Positions 1-7,345 of a DNA stretch of 50,707 nt are shown here, one piece after another. Where the stretch lies: NCBI GenBank assembly GCA_021734645.1, contig JAIPIQ010000002.1, positions 1 to 50,707 of the forward strand, given 5' to 3'. The position numbers and the translations under genes were made by a program. This DNA is from Fidelibacterota bacterium (lineage in GTDB: Bacteria > Verrucomicrobiota > Kiritimatiellia > JAIPIQ01). The notes beneath the pieces were generated by a model. That model saw nothing but the letters and a program-made list of their open reading frames with translations, made no database searches and was not told the origin of the DNA. Position 1 is the stretch's first letter, and every line of letters starts with the position of its first letter.

Positions 1-188
1 CCTCGATCCCTTCGGCCTGTCATCGAGGACGACGACGAGGACGAGGACGAAAATGCGTGCCGGTTCCTTTTGGGTTAGAGTGAAACCGGCCTACTTTAAC
101 CCTTTGGAGGCGTTTTCCCTAGTTCGCTAAGGATTCGGGATCCGCTTCCAGGGACACTGTGATATAGTATGTCGCAAAGGAGAATATC

Positions 189-1247
189 ATGTCCAAGAAG
201 AATGCACCCCGTATCTTGACAACAACCGTTGGTTCCTATCCCGTGCCGGACTGGCTGGTGGCGTTGCCAAGCGCGCAGGCGCTCCGCGACGCGACTCGCG
301 TGGTGGTGGATATCCAGCGCCAGGCTGGGATTGACCTGGTCACCGACGGCGAGCTCTACCGTTTTGACGTCAACCATCCGGATACCAACGGCATGATCGA
401 GTATTTCATCCGGCCGCTCGCCGGCGTGCGGTCCGTGGTGGGTCGCGAAGATACCAAGGCTTTTGCGGCCCAAGCCAACATGGCGTTTCGCGCCCGGCCC
501 GCCGGTGTTGTGGAAGGTCCACTCGGTGAGGGGGGACTCAACCTCCCGGCGGACTGTCAACGCCTGACGGCCGTGGCGGGTCGGGCGGTCAAGTTTACCC
601 TCACCAGCCCCTACATGCTCGCCCGGACTTTGCTCGACCGGCACTACGGCTCCTTCGAGACGCTTCTGATGGCCCTGGCCGACGTGCTGGCGGCGCAGGT
701 CCGCGATCTGGACGTGGCCTGTGTTCAGGTGGACGAAGCCAATCTACCAGGCAATCCGGAGCATGGCCCGCTGGCTGCGGAAGCCATCAACCGCGTTCTC
801 GATGCGATCCCGACCCGCAAAGCGGTCCATTTCTGCTTCGGCAACTACGGCGGACAAACCATCCAGCCCGGCGATTGGAAGACCCTGACCCGCTTCTTGA
901 ATGCCCTGCGTTGCGAGCATCTCGTTTTGGAACTGGCGCACCGCCCGGCCGCCGACCTGGAAGCCCTCAAGGATATCCGGCCGGATCTGACCCTCGGCAT
1001 CGGCGTCATAGACGTCAAAATCAACCACATCGAAACCGCTGACGAGATCGCAGCGCGCATCGAACGCGCCGAAAAGGTCCTGGGCGCGGGCCGCGTCGGC
1101 TGGGTTCATCCCGATTGCGGATTCTGGATGCTCAAGCGCAGCGTGGCCGACCGCAAGATCGCGGCCCTGGTCCGCGGTCGCGACCTTTATCTAGAAAGAC
1201 AGGAAACAACAACGAAACACACGAAAGGCACGAAAAGGGGGAGGTAA
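189..1247 (+). CDS. Cobalamin-independent methionine synthase family protein (MetE C-terminal-like, COG0620)
   Basis: 352-aa ORF with family motifs TTTVGSYPVPDWL and DLVTDGELYRFD, plus Zn-ligand-like HFCFGN and HPDCGF. AAGGAG lies 6 nt upstream of ATG 189. The last ~20 codons (ETTTKHTKGTKRGR) read into a dispersed repeat word. Confidence 0.8.
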   Translation: MSKKNAPRILTTTVGSYPVPDWLVALPSAQALRDATRVVVDIQRQAGIDLVTDGELYRFDVNHPDTNGMIEYFIRPLAGVRSVVGREDTKAFAAQANMAFRARPAGVVEGPLGEGGLNLPADCQRLTAVAGRAVKFTLTSPYMLARTLLDRHYGSFETLLMALADVLAAQVRDLDVACVQVDEANLPGNPEHGPLAAEAINRVLDAIPTRKAVHFCFGNYGGQTIQPGDWKTLTRFLNALRCEHLVLELAHRPAADLEALKDIRPDLTLGIGVIDVKINHIETADEIAARIERAEKVLGAGRVGWVHPDCGFWMLKRSVADRKIAALVRGRDLYLERQETTTKHTKGTKRGR

Positions 1248-1344
1248 CCACGGATAAACACGGATGCACACGGATGGGAAAAGGGGATAATGTCTCACGC
1301 AAAGACGCGAAGACGCAAAGGGGGGGGAGTAGTGATCAGTTTTC

Positions 1345-1412
1345 AGTGACCAGTGATCCGTTCATTCTGATTCTGAATTGGACGTTCGATGTTCCGATGT
1401 TTGACGTTCTCC
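1345..1412. repeat. Dispersed intergenic repeat module C (inverted copy at 28102-28163)
   Basis: CAGTGACCAGTGATCCGTTCATTCTGATTCTGAATTGGACGTTCGATGTTCCGATGTTTGACGTTCTCC. Its reverse complement aligns by eye at roughly 80% with 28102-28163. A fragment CGTCGAACATCGGAA also occurs near 8505-8525. Confidence 0.7.
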
Positions 1413-1536
1413 TTCGAGAGTATCATCCCATTCCCGACAAGGTGCGCGACAAAGATTGGGGGGGCTCCACTTCTGGGTCCCGAATACCCACACACCCTCA
1501 AACCAGAGGTGAATAACCGCAAAAAGGGGAACGCAT

Positions 1537-1611
1537 CTTTGCGATCTCTGCGTTCTCTGCGGTTACATCTCACCACCCTTTCCCTCTCCGTGTCCTCCGT
1601 GTCTCCGTGGT
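1537..1611. repeat. Dispersed intergenic repeat module B (second copy 17477-17549)
   Basis: CTTTGCGATCTCTGCGTTCTCTGC(G/T)GTTA followed by a C/T-rich CCTCTCCG.GTCCTC.GT..CTC.GTGGT tail, present in both copies in the same orientation. Confidence 0.75.
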
Positions 1612-1842
1612 AAAAAAATTTCTTGCCGTCGGTCACATTGGCGCTGGCGGTGGAAGGGCATCGCGTAAGCGTATCCGAGCAAGGGTGGCGGGTAATTGTC
1701 GGCGGTCGACGACAACGGCGACGCGAACGGACAACGAGTTGAATCTGTCCCACTCGTCCCCCCTTCGCGTCGCCGTTCGCGTAAACCGAGAGACAATTTC
1801 CTTCCATCGAACCCCGAACACGGCAGCCCGCCCACACCGAAT

Positions 1843-1943
1843 CGACAAAGCTCACGACAAGGCTCACGACAAAGATTGGGGGACTCCACTTCAGCGTCCC
1901 CAATGCCTCGAGTTCTCTTTCCCCCGAAAAATCAGATCATGCG
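1843..1943. repeat. Dispersed intergenic repeat module A (second copy 17599-17703; partial copies near 1434-1480 and 17272-17300)
   Basis: Both copies share CGACAAAGCTCA..CGACAAGGCTC.CGACAAAGATTGGGGG..CCACTTC...GTCCCCAATGCC......TTCTCT...CCC.CGAAAAATCAGATC.TGCG. Confidence 0.8.
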
Positions 1944-2053
1944 GCGGAGGCCGCACGATCTCAGGCCGGACTGATCTGAGAGCCCGGCTCATCCACCCTC
2001 GACAAGTCCGGCCAAACGTGGTACCGCCTATGGAAAATCAACTTGGGGAATGA

Positions 2054-3949
2054 ATGCAGGTATTTGACGTGATTGTGGTGGGCGGCGGGCATGCCGGCGG
2101 CGAGGCCGCCGCGGCGGCGGCCCGTCTGGGATTGACCACCGCACTGGTAACGATCCGCCGCGATACCATCGGGCGACTATCCTGCAATCCCTCGATCGGC
2201 GGCCTTGCCAAATCCCACCTCGTGGCCGAACTGGATGCCCTCGGTGGCGAAATGGGCCGCAATGCCGATTTCACGGGTCTCCAGTACCGAACCCTCAATC
2301 TGCGCAAGGGACCAGCCGTGCGCGCCACCCGCTTGCAGTGCGATAAACGCCAATACCCCCTGCGCTGGCAGGCACTCTGCGAATCCTTGCCCCGGCTCAC
2401 TGTGATCAAGGGCCGCGTCGTCGCTCTCCTGCGCCGCGGGGCGCGCCTGACCGGCGCTCGCCTGGCGTCGGGCCGGGAAATCGAGGCCAAGTCCGTCATT
2501 CTCTGCGCGGGAACCTTTCTCAACGGGGTCATTCATGTCGGCAAACAATCCACTCCAGCCGGGCGATTCGGCGAAGAACCCGCGCCGGAACTAGCCGACC
2601 AACTGCGCGACCTCGGGTTTGCCATGGGACGGCTCAAAACCGGCACCCCGCCCCGCCTCGCGCACGATAGCCTGGATTACGACCGCATGACCTGTCAGCC
2701 CGGCGATGACCCGCCGCCTCTGTTCAGTCGCACCGGACGTCAAATTGCGGAATGGTTCCACGTGGAACAACCGGCGCCCGATGCCGCGACCCTCGCCCAA
2801 TGGTTCCACGTGGAACAATACAATCCTGCGCTCCAACCCTGGGCGCCCGGTTCCCGCCAGATGCCTTGCTACTTGACTCACACGACGTCCGAGACGCACG
2901 ATATCATCGCGCGTCACCTGAAAGAAAGCGCCCTCTATGGCGGGGCCATCACGGGCACCGGCGTGCGCTATTGTCCCTCCATTGAAGACAAGATCGTCAA
3001 GTTTCCTGATCGCGCCAGCCACCACGTATTCATCGAGCCTGAGGGGTTCGATAATCCCAGCGTCTATCCCAATGGGACGTCAAATTCGCTCCCGGCGCCG
3101 GTTCAGGAAGCCATGATCCGCTCGATTCCCGGTCTCGAGCGCGCGGTTTTTCTGCGTCCGGGTTATGCGATCGAATATGATTATTGTGATCCGACGGGAC
3201 TGCAACCGACGCTCGAGAGTTCGGTCCTCGAGGGGTTGTATCTGGCCGGCCAGATTTTGGGAACGACGGGGTACGAGGAGGCGGCGGCCCTGGGTTTTCT
3301 GGCGGGGGTCAATGCGGCGCGGAAGTGCCTGGGTCAATCGCAAATGGTATTGGGACGCCAGGATGCCTATTTGGGGGTCTTGGTGGACGACTTGATCACG
3401 AAGGGGGTGGATGAGCCGTACCGGATGTTCACGTCGCGGGCAGAGTACCGGTTGCTGCTGCGGCAGGATGCGGCGCCGTATCGTCTCTTGGCCAAAGCCC
3501 GTGAGATAGGTTTGGTCCCGGCGGGGATTCTCGACGCCACGGCGGCAGAGGATGAATGCATCACGCAGGAAGAGCAGAGGTTACAACTTATTGTCCATCA
3601 AGGTGTTATTGCATCCAATTGGTTGTGCCAGGCCGGTCATGCGTATGACCAATTACCGGAAGCGCTGCGGCGTCCGCTGCCGGCGCGTCTGATCGAGGAA
3701 GTGGAAACCCGTTTGCGGTATGCAGGGTACATCCAGCGGGAGGCCCAGGCGGCGGATCGAATGCGACGCAATGAGCGGGACCTCGTTCCCCCTGACTTTG
3801 ATTATGGGGCGGTGCGGGGACTGCGGTTCGAGGCGCGCGAGAAATTGGCGCGGGTGCGGCCGCGGACTTTGGGTCAGGCGACCCGGATCACCGGCGTGAA
3901 CCCGGCGGACGTCGCGTTGCTGGCGGTTCATATCAAGCGCCGGAGGTGA
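2054..3949 (+). CDS. mnmG: tRNA uridine-5-carboxymethylaminomethyl modification enzyme MnmG (GidA)
   Basis: 631 aa. It has the N-terminal FAD fold FDVIVVGGGHAGGEAA, then GTPPRL, GVRYCPSIEDK and the C-terminal RPRTLGQATRITGVNPADV. Length and motif order are canonical apart from an insertion carrying the two parS-like sites. Confidence 0.95.
   Translation: MQVFDVIVVGGGHAGGEAAAAAARLGLTTALVTIRRDTIGRLSCNPSIGGLAKSHLVAELDALGGEMGRNADFTGLQYRTLNLRKGPAVRATRLQCDKRQYPLRWQALCESLPRLTVIKGRVVALLRRGARLTGARLASGREIEAKSVILCAGTFLNGVIHVGKQSTPAGRFGEEPAPELADQLRDLGFAMGRLKTGTPPRLAHDSLDYDRMTCQPGDDPPPLFSRTGRQIAEWFHVEQPAPDAATLAQWFHVEQYNPALQPWAPGSRQMPCYLTHTTSETHDIIARHLKESALYGGAITGTGVRYCPSIEDKIVKFPDRASHHVFIEPEGFDNPSVYPNGTSNSLPAPVQEAMIRSIPGLERAVFLRPGYAIEYDYCDPTGLQPTLESSVLEGLYLAGQILGTTGYEEAAALGFLAGVNAARKCLGQSQMVLGRQDAYLGVLVDDLITKGVDEPYRMFTSRAEYRLLLRQDAAPYRLLAKAREIGLVPAGILDATAAEDECITQEEQRLQLIVHQGVIASNWLCQAGHAYDQLPEALRRPLPARLIEEVETRLRYAGYIQREAQAADRMRRNERDLVPPDFDYGAVRGLRFEAREKLARVRPRTLGQATRITGVNPADVALLAVHIKRRR
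2754..2769. promoter_or_regulatory. parS-like ParB-binding palindrome, copy 1 (inside mnmG)
   Basis: GGTTCCACGTGGAACA matches the GC-type parS consensus TGTTCCACGTGGAACA at 15/16. The inner 14 bp GTTCCACGTGGAAC form a perfect palindrome. Confidence 0.7.
2802..2817. promoter_or_regulatory. parS-like ParB-binding palindrome, copy 2 (inside mnmG)
   Basis: Identical 16-mer. The surrounding 20-mer AATGGTTCCACGTGGAACAA is an exact repeat of 2751-2770, offset by 48 bp. Confidence 0.7.
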
Positions 3950-4047
3950 TCGGCATTGACAGGGGCGGGGGGCGGCGATAGTTTACCGGGCGCGGGGCGC
4001 GGATGCGCCCCGCGACAGAGCAATCGAAGCAGCAGAAGGAGCTGACC

Positions 4048-4977
4048 ATGAAAAGTGGAGCCATACGGTGGATGGGGATCGCGGTGGTGTTCGGCAGTCT
4101 TGGCCTGGGCTGGGCGCCGGGGGCTGAGGACGGCAATTTGCGGTACTCGATCAGCGTCAGCAAATTCCCCAACGAAGCGGGTTGGAGCGGGCGCTGGGAT
4201 ATTGGCCAGGGTTTCACGACGATCATGACGGATGCCTTGCAGCAATCGGGGCGCTTCATTGTGCTGGGCGATGCCGAAATGCGTCAGGAAGCCATGGCCG
4301 AACAGGATTTGGGCGCCACAGGCCGGACGGCTGGCGGGGCCAAAACGCCGCAAGTGGGCCGCATGACGCCGGCGCAGTTGCTGGTCCGCGGTTCCATCAC
4401 GCATGTGCAGGACGATACGGCGGGCGGCTCCGGCGGAATCGGATTCCGGGGCATCCGGCTGGGCGGATCGGGGGCCAAGGCGGAAGTGAATATTACCATC
4501 TATCTGGTGGATTCGGCTACGGGCCAGGTCAAAGCCTCGACGAAAGTCGTGGGGCGTTCCACCCAGCGGGGCCTGCGCATCGGCTATAGCGGCAGCGCCC
4601 TGGGAGGGCTGACCGGGGATATGGGCGGCTTCTTGAATGATAATGTGGGCAAAGCCTGCCAGGATGCCGTCGGCCAGGCCATCGAGTTCTTGACCGCCCA
4701 GCTCGAACAGGTGCCCTGGCAGGGCAGCGTCGTCCTGGCCCAGCCCAACCGGATTGTGATCAACCGCGGCACACGCGAGGGCGTGGCAACCGGCATGCGG
4801 TTCAAGGTGGGCCAGAGCGAGGAACTGGTGGATCCGGACACCGGCGAAGTGCTTGATGTGGATTTCACCACGGTGGGCGCCATCGAGGTCACGGAAGTCC
4901 GGGAAAAAATTGCCTATGCCCAGGCAGTGAGCGGGGGCGATCAAATCGCCAAAGGAATGACCGTCGCGCCGGAATGA
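4048..4977 (+). CDS. CsgG-family (curli-type assembly/transport component-like) secreted protein
   Basis: AAGGAG lies 7 nt before ATG 4048. A signal-like N-terminus MKSGAIRWMGIAVVFGSLGLGWAPGA is followed by the pattern FPNEAG..W.IGQGFTTIMTDALQQSGRFIVL....EQDL and a G-rich loop, typical of COG1462/CsgG-like proteins. Confidence 0.65.
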   Translation: MKSGAIRWMGIAVVFGSLGLGWAPGAEDGNLRYSISVSKFPNEAGWSGRWDIGQGFTTIMTDALQQSGRFIVLGDAEMRQEAMAEQDLGATGRTAGGAKTPQVGRMTPAQLLVRGSITHVQDDTAGGSGGIGFRGIRLGGSGAKAEVNITIYLVDSATGQVKASTKVVGRSTQRGLRIGYSGSALGGLTGDMGGFLNDNVGKACQDAVGQAIEFLTAQLEQVPWQGSVVLAQPNRIVINRGTREGVATGMRFKVGQSEELVDPDTGEVLDVDFTTVGAIEVTEVREKIAYAQAVSGGDQIAKGMTVAPE

Positions 4978-5300
4978 ACCGGTCGGCGATTCCGGTCCTG
5001 CCGTCCTGGATTATAGCCCAGGGCGACCATTGCGTCCTGCGAGTGCGGCTGACGCCGCGCGCGCGCCGCGAGCAGCTCGGCCCCGTGTACGGTGATGCGC
5101 TGAAAATCAGTGTGCTGGCGCCCCCCGTTGATGGACGGGCCAACCAAGCCCTGTTGCAGCGGCTCGCCCAATGCCTCAACATTCCACCCGGCCGCCTCGC
5201 CATCCTCAGCGGCGCCACCGGGCGTCAAAAACAAATTGCGGTCCACGGCCTGTCCGCCGCCACCGCCACCGCCCGCCTTTCACCCCTCCTGAGCGCATAG
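4974..5300 (+). CDS. DUF167 (YggU-like) family protein
   Basis: 108 aa with LRVRLTPRARREQL......LKISVLAPPVDGRANQALLQRLAQCL, typical of DUF167. The ATGA start overlaps the upstream stop. Confidence 0.75.
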   Translation: MNRSAIPVLPSWIIAQGDHCVLRVRLTPRARREQLGPVYGDALKISVLAPPVDGRANQALLQRLAQCLNIPPGRLAILSGATGRQKQIAVHGLSAATATARLSPLLSA

Positions 5301-5391
5301 CCTGCTGAAGCGGTTCCCTCCGGGTTTCAGCAGGGATTATGAACCAGCGCAATCCTCGCGCCAAGACGCAGGGGGCGCGAAGGGGGAGTGT

Positions 5392-5430
5392 TCAGTCATC
5401 AGTCATCAGTCATCAGTGATCAGTGATCAG
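5392..5430. repeat. Heptamer microsatellite (TCAGTCA)x3 (TCAGTGA)x2 TCAG
   Basis: Read directly from the sequence. Its 3' end overlaps the stop codon of the minus-strand rhaM-like gene. Related GTGATCAGT words occur at 1331-1358, 17706-17722 and 28149-28158. Confidence 0.9.
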
Positions 5431-5765
5431 ACGTGAAACACTTCCTCCATTGTGCTCCACCATTCGCCTGCCGCCCGGTTTGCCAGGGGCTGCTGGCAGG
5501 GCTGGCACTCCGCCCACCATTGCTGCGTCACGGGATCAGCCGCCATCCGCGCCATGTCCCCCTCGAAGTCGTCACCGGTATACTCGAAATAACTGAATAG
5601 ATAGAACTGGCCATCCGGCAACTGACGCAGGTAAATCGAATAATTCCGGATATGGCAGGCCGCGATCATTTTCAACACGTCCGGCCAGACGGCCGCATGT
5701 AACTTCCTGTAGTAATCCAACTTGTCTTCCTTGACCCCGATCACCATGCCATACCGTTTCATCAC
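5427..5765 (-). CDS. rhaM: L-rhamnose mutarotase
   Basis: 112 aa. The sequence RYGMVIGVKEDKLDYYRKLHAAVWPDVLKMI....IRNYSIY.......LFSYFEYTGDDFEGDM......P.TQQWW matches the RhaM/YiiL family pattern over its full length. Confidence 0.8.
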   Translation of the reverse strand: MMKRYGMVIGVKEDKLDYYRKLHAAVWPDVLKMIAACHIRNYSIYLRQLPDGQFYLFSYFEYTGDDFEGDMARMAADPVTQQWWAECQPCQQPLANRAAGEWWSTMEEVFHV

Positions 5766-5899
5766 TGCCTCCTAGATACCTGACTCGTCTCGACTCCAAT
5801 CCTGACCACCATTCGACTCTGGCGCCACCCGCCATTCTTCGTTACAGCGGCTGTAACGGCAAGCGCCGCGCGTTACAGCCGCTGTAACGCGCGCGCGCG

Positions 5900-6247
5900 T
5901 CAGGTCGGTCGTTCCTGTTCGGCCTGCGCCACCAGCCGGCCGATTTCGGCCACGCGTTCCGCCAGGCGCGGCGCCGCTTCCGTGCTCGCCGCCAGTTCGA
6001 GCGATCGCAGACGACGGGCCAGCAACCCGCCCCCGCCCAGTCCGGCGGCGCCCGCCAGTTTGTGCGCGGCACGCCCCAGCGCCTGGCGCTCGAAGGGCGC
6101 GAGCGCCGCCTGCAACTGCGCCACGGTCTCCCGCGCGGATTCGACAAAGGCCTCGCCCAAACGTCCGAATAATTCCGCGTCCCCATCCGCCGCCGCGTTC
6201 AAGCCATCCCAGTTAAAAACCTGCGTCATACCGGACTCCTCGTCCAT
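5900..6247 (-). CDS. Histidine phosphotransfer (Hpt) domain protein
   Basis: 115 aa, helical, with the phospho-His motif AAHKLAGAAGLGG (HxLxGxxxxxG). Confidence 0.7.
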   Translation of the reverse strand: MDEESGMTQVFNWDGLNAAADGDAELFGRLGEAFVESARETVAQLQAALAPFERQALGRAAHKLAGAAGLGGGGLLARRLRSLELAASTEAAPRLAERVAEIGRLVAQAEQERPT

Positions 6248-6266
6248 TCACCGCAAAATACCCGTC

Positions 6267-6944
6267 TCAGTCAAGTTGCGCCAGCAACAGGCAGGCAATC
6301 CGCGCGCATTGCGCCTCCACTTGCGGCCACTCCTGCCAGCGCGGCGCCAAGTCCTTATATTCGTCCAGTCGGCCCGCGTCCAAATCATAAGGCAACGGCT
6401 TGGCCAATTGAACCTGCAATTGCTGCAACGCGGATTGAGCGCCGGGCTGCGGATAGAGCGCATCGAAATTCCGCAACGCCGCAATGACTGCCTCCGGCCC
6501 CATGGCATCAGCCAACGCCATGAAATCCAAATAATCCCGCGTCGCATTGCGTTTCAGGATCAACACCCCTTTAATCCTCAAAATCTCCGCCATGGTCGGC
6601 ACCGTTACCGCTTTTCCGTTACATTCGACCTGGACGGTTTCCAGCGGTTGTGATCGAATGAGCTGCCGAACCCCGGTTTCGATGCCATCGAGCTGCCCCA
6701 GGATCATGACAGGCCGCCGCACCCGCGCCGTCGTCCAGCCCGCCGCGGACTCCAACTCCGCGAGTACCTCATCGAAGCGCTCCCGCAAATCGGTAAGGAC
6801 GTGATCCGCATCCTGCGAGAACCGATGTTTGACGTGCAACGCCGCCGCGGTCCCGCCCACCAGAACTGCCGCGGGCAGAAGCTGCTGCAAGCGCGCCGCC
6901 GCCGCCAGCAGCCGCTCCCAATCAGGCTGCGCTGGAGCTGACAT
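6267..6944 (-). CDS. Nucleotidyltransferase AbiEii/AbiGii-type toxin family protein
   Basis: Taking Met60 of the 284-aa ORF as start gives MSAPAQPDW.... The motif LVGGTAAALHVKHRFSQDADHVL fits the GGTAL..(x)..R.S.D.D nucleotidyltransferase signature of AbiEii. The upstream 59 codons of the ORF are R/C-rich and overlap the next gene. Confidence 0.6.
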   Translation of the reverse strand: MSAPAQPDWERLLAAAARLQQLLPAAVLVGGTAAALHVKHRFSQDADHVLTDLRERFDEVLAELESAAGWTTARVRRPVMILGQLDGIETGVRQLIRSQPLETVQVECNGKAVTVPTMAEILRIKGVLILKRNATRDYLDFMALADAMGPEAVIAALRNFDALYPQPGAQSALQQLQVQLAKPLPYDLDAGRLDEYKDLAPRWQEWPQVEAQCARIACLLLAQLD

Positions 6945-7155
6945 AATGCCTCCAAAGATGATAGCGTTGGGCATAGGGATCAGCAGCGTGCCGCGCACAG
7001 AGCCGCAGCACTTTGCGTGCGATTTCCGGATCACCCGCGACGGCCTTACGCAATGCCACCCAATCCGCGCGGTTGCCCCGCGCAATGACGTCATCAATGG
7101 CCGCCAGCGTAAAGGCCGCATGATTCAAGTGCCGATGTTCCATACGCCTCATCAT
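6922..7155 (-). CDS. Small partner protein of the AbiEii-like toxin (putative antitoxin)
   Basis: 77-aa ORF immediately upstream of the toxin gene and overlapping it by 23 bp. Composition is plausible (FTLAAIDDVIARGNRADWVALRKAV...DPYAQRYHLW). The function is inferred from position only. Confidence 0.4.
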   Translation of the reverse strand: MMRRMEHRHLNHAAFTLAAIDDVIARGNRADWVALRKAVAGDPEIARKVLRLCARHAADPYAQRYHLWRHYVSSSAA

Positions 7156-7345
7156 CCGGCAAAAAGACGGCTTGTCAATCCGTTACGCCGGTCCGGGTTC
7201 GGGGGGGGCAGGACAGGAAAGTTACCATCTGTCCCAATCGTCCACGATTGTCGAGAACCCCTACGATCACTGCGTGATCTCACGCCGGTAACTTTCGGAT
7301 CCTGCACCCGGCGGCCAGGGGGGGGTGAATGGCGTTGCCCACAGT

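Noticed and set aside
1-60. GAGGACGACGACGAGGACGAGGACGA trinucleotide-like run and the CCTCGAT...ATCGAGG hairpin at the window edge
   Set aside because: It is truncated by the window boundary. It looks like another intergenic repeat word and cannot be interpreted without upstream sequence.
60-188. Possible SAM or cobalamin riboswitch upstream of the metE-like gene
   Set aside because: Only a simple 7-bp hairpin (GCCGGTT...AACCGGC) is visible. I could not recognise the conserved cores of SAM-I/II or B12 elements. A covariance-model (Rfam/Infernal) scan would be needed.
1115-2053. Several 60-190-aa ORFs on both strands inside the repeat tract (for example 1343-1903 and 1607-2053), and likewise in 17177-17802
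   Set aside because: They are translations of dispersed repeat modules (HEGTKG, DKARDKDWG, SLRSLR words). They overlap each other in all frames and lack an RBS.
1200-2053. Possible CRISPR array, given the many short repeats
   Set aside because: The repeats are heterogeneous modules without a constant unit length or regular repeat-spacer periodicity. No cas genes are in the window.
3928-4944. 338-aa minus-strand ORF. The same reasoning applies to 9403-10659, 21842-22891, 13036-13941, 45877-46878, 46933-47763 and 26926-27915.
   Set aside because: All lie opposite genes with clear family signatures and show the skewed Arg/Gly/Pro/Ala composition of antisense frames.
5428-5445. ACGTGAAACA, which resembles half a parS site
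   Set aside because: Only one half-site matches (10 of 16 positions), there is no palindrome, and it overlaps the rhaM 3' end.
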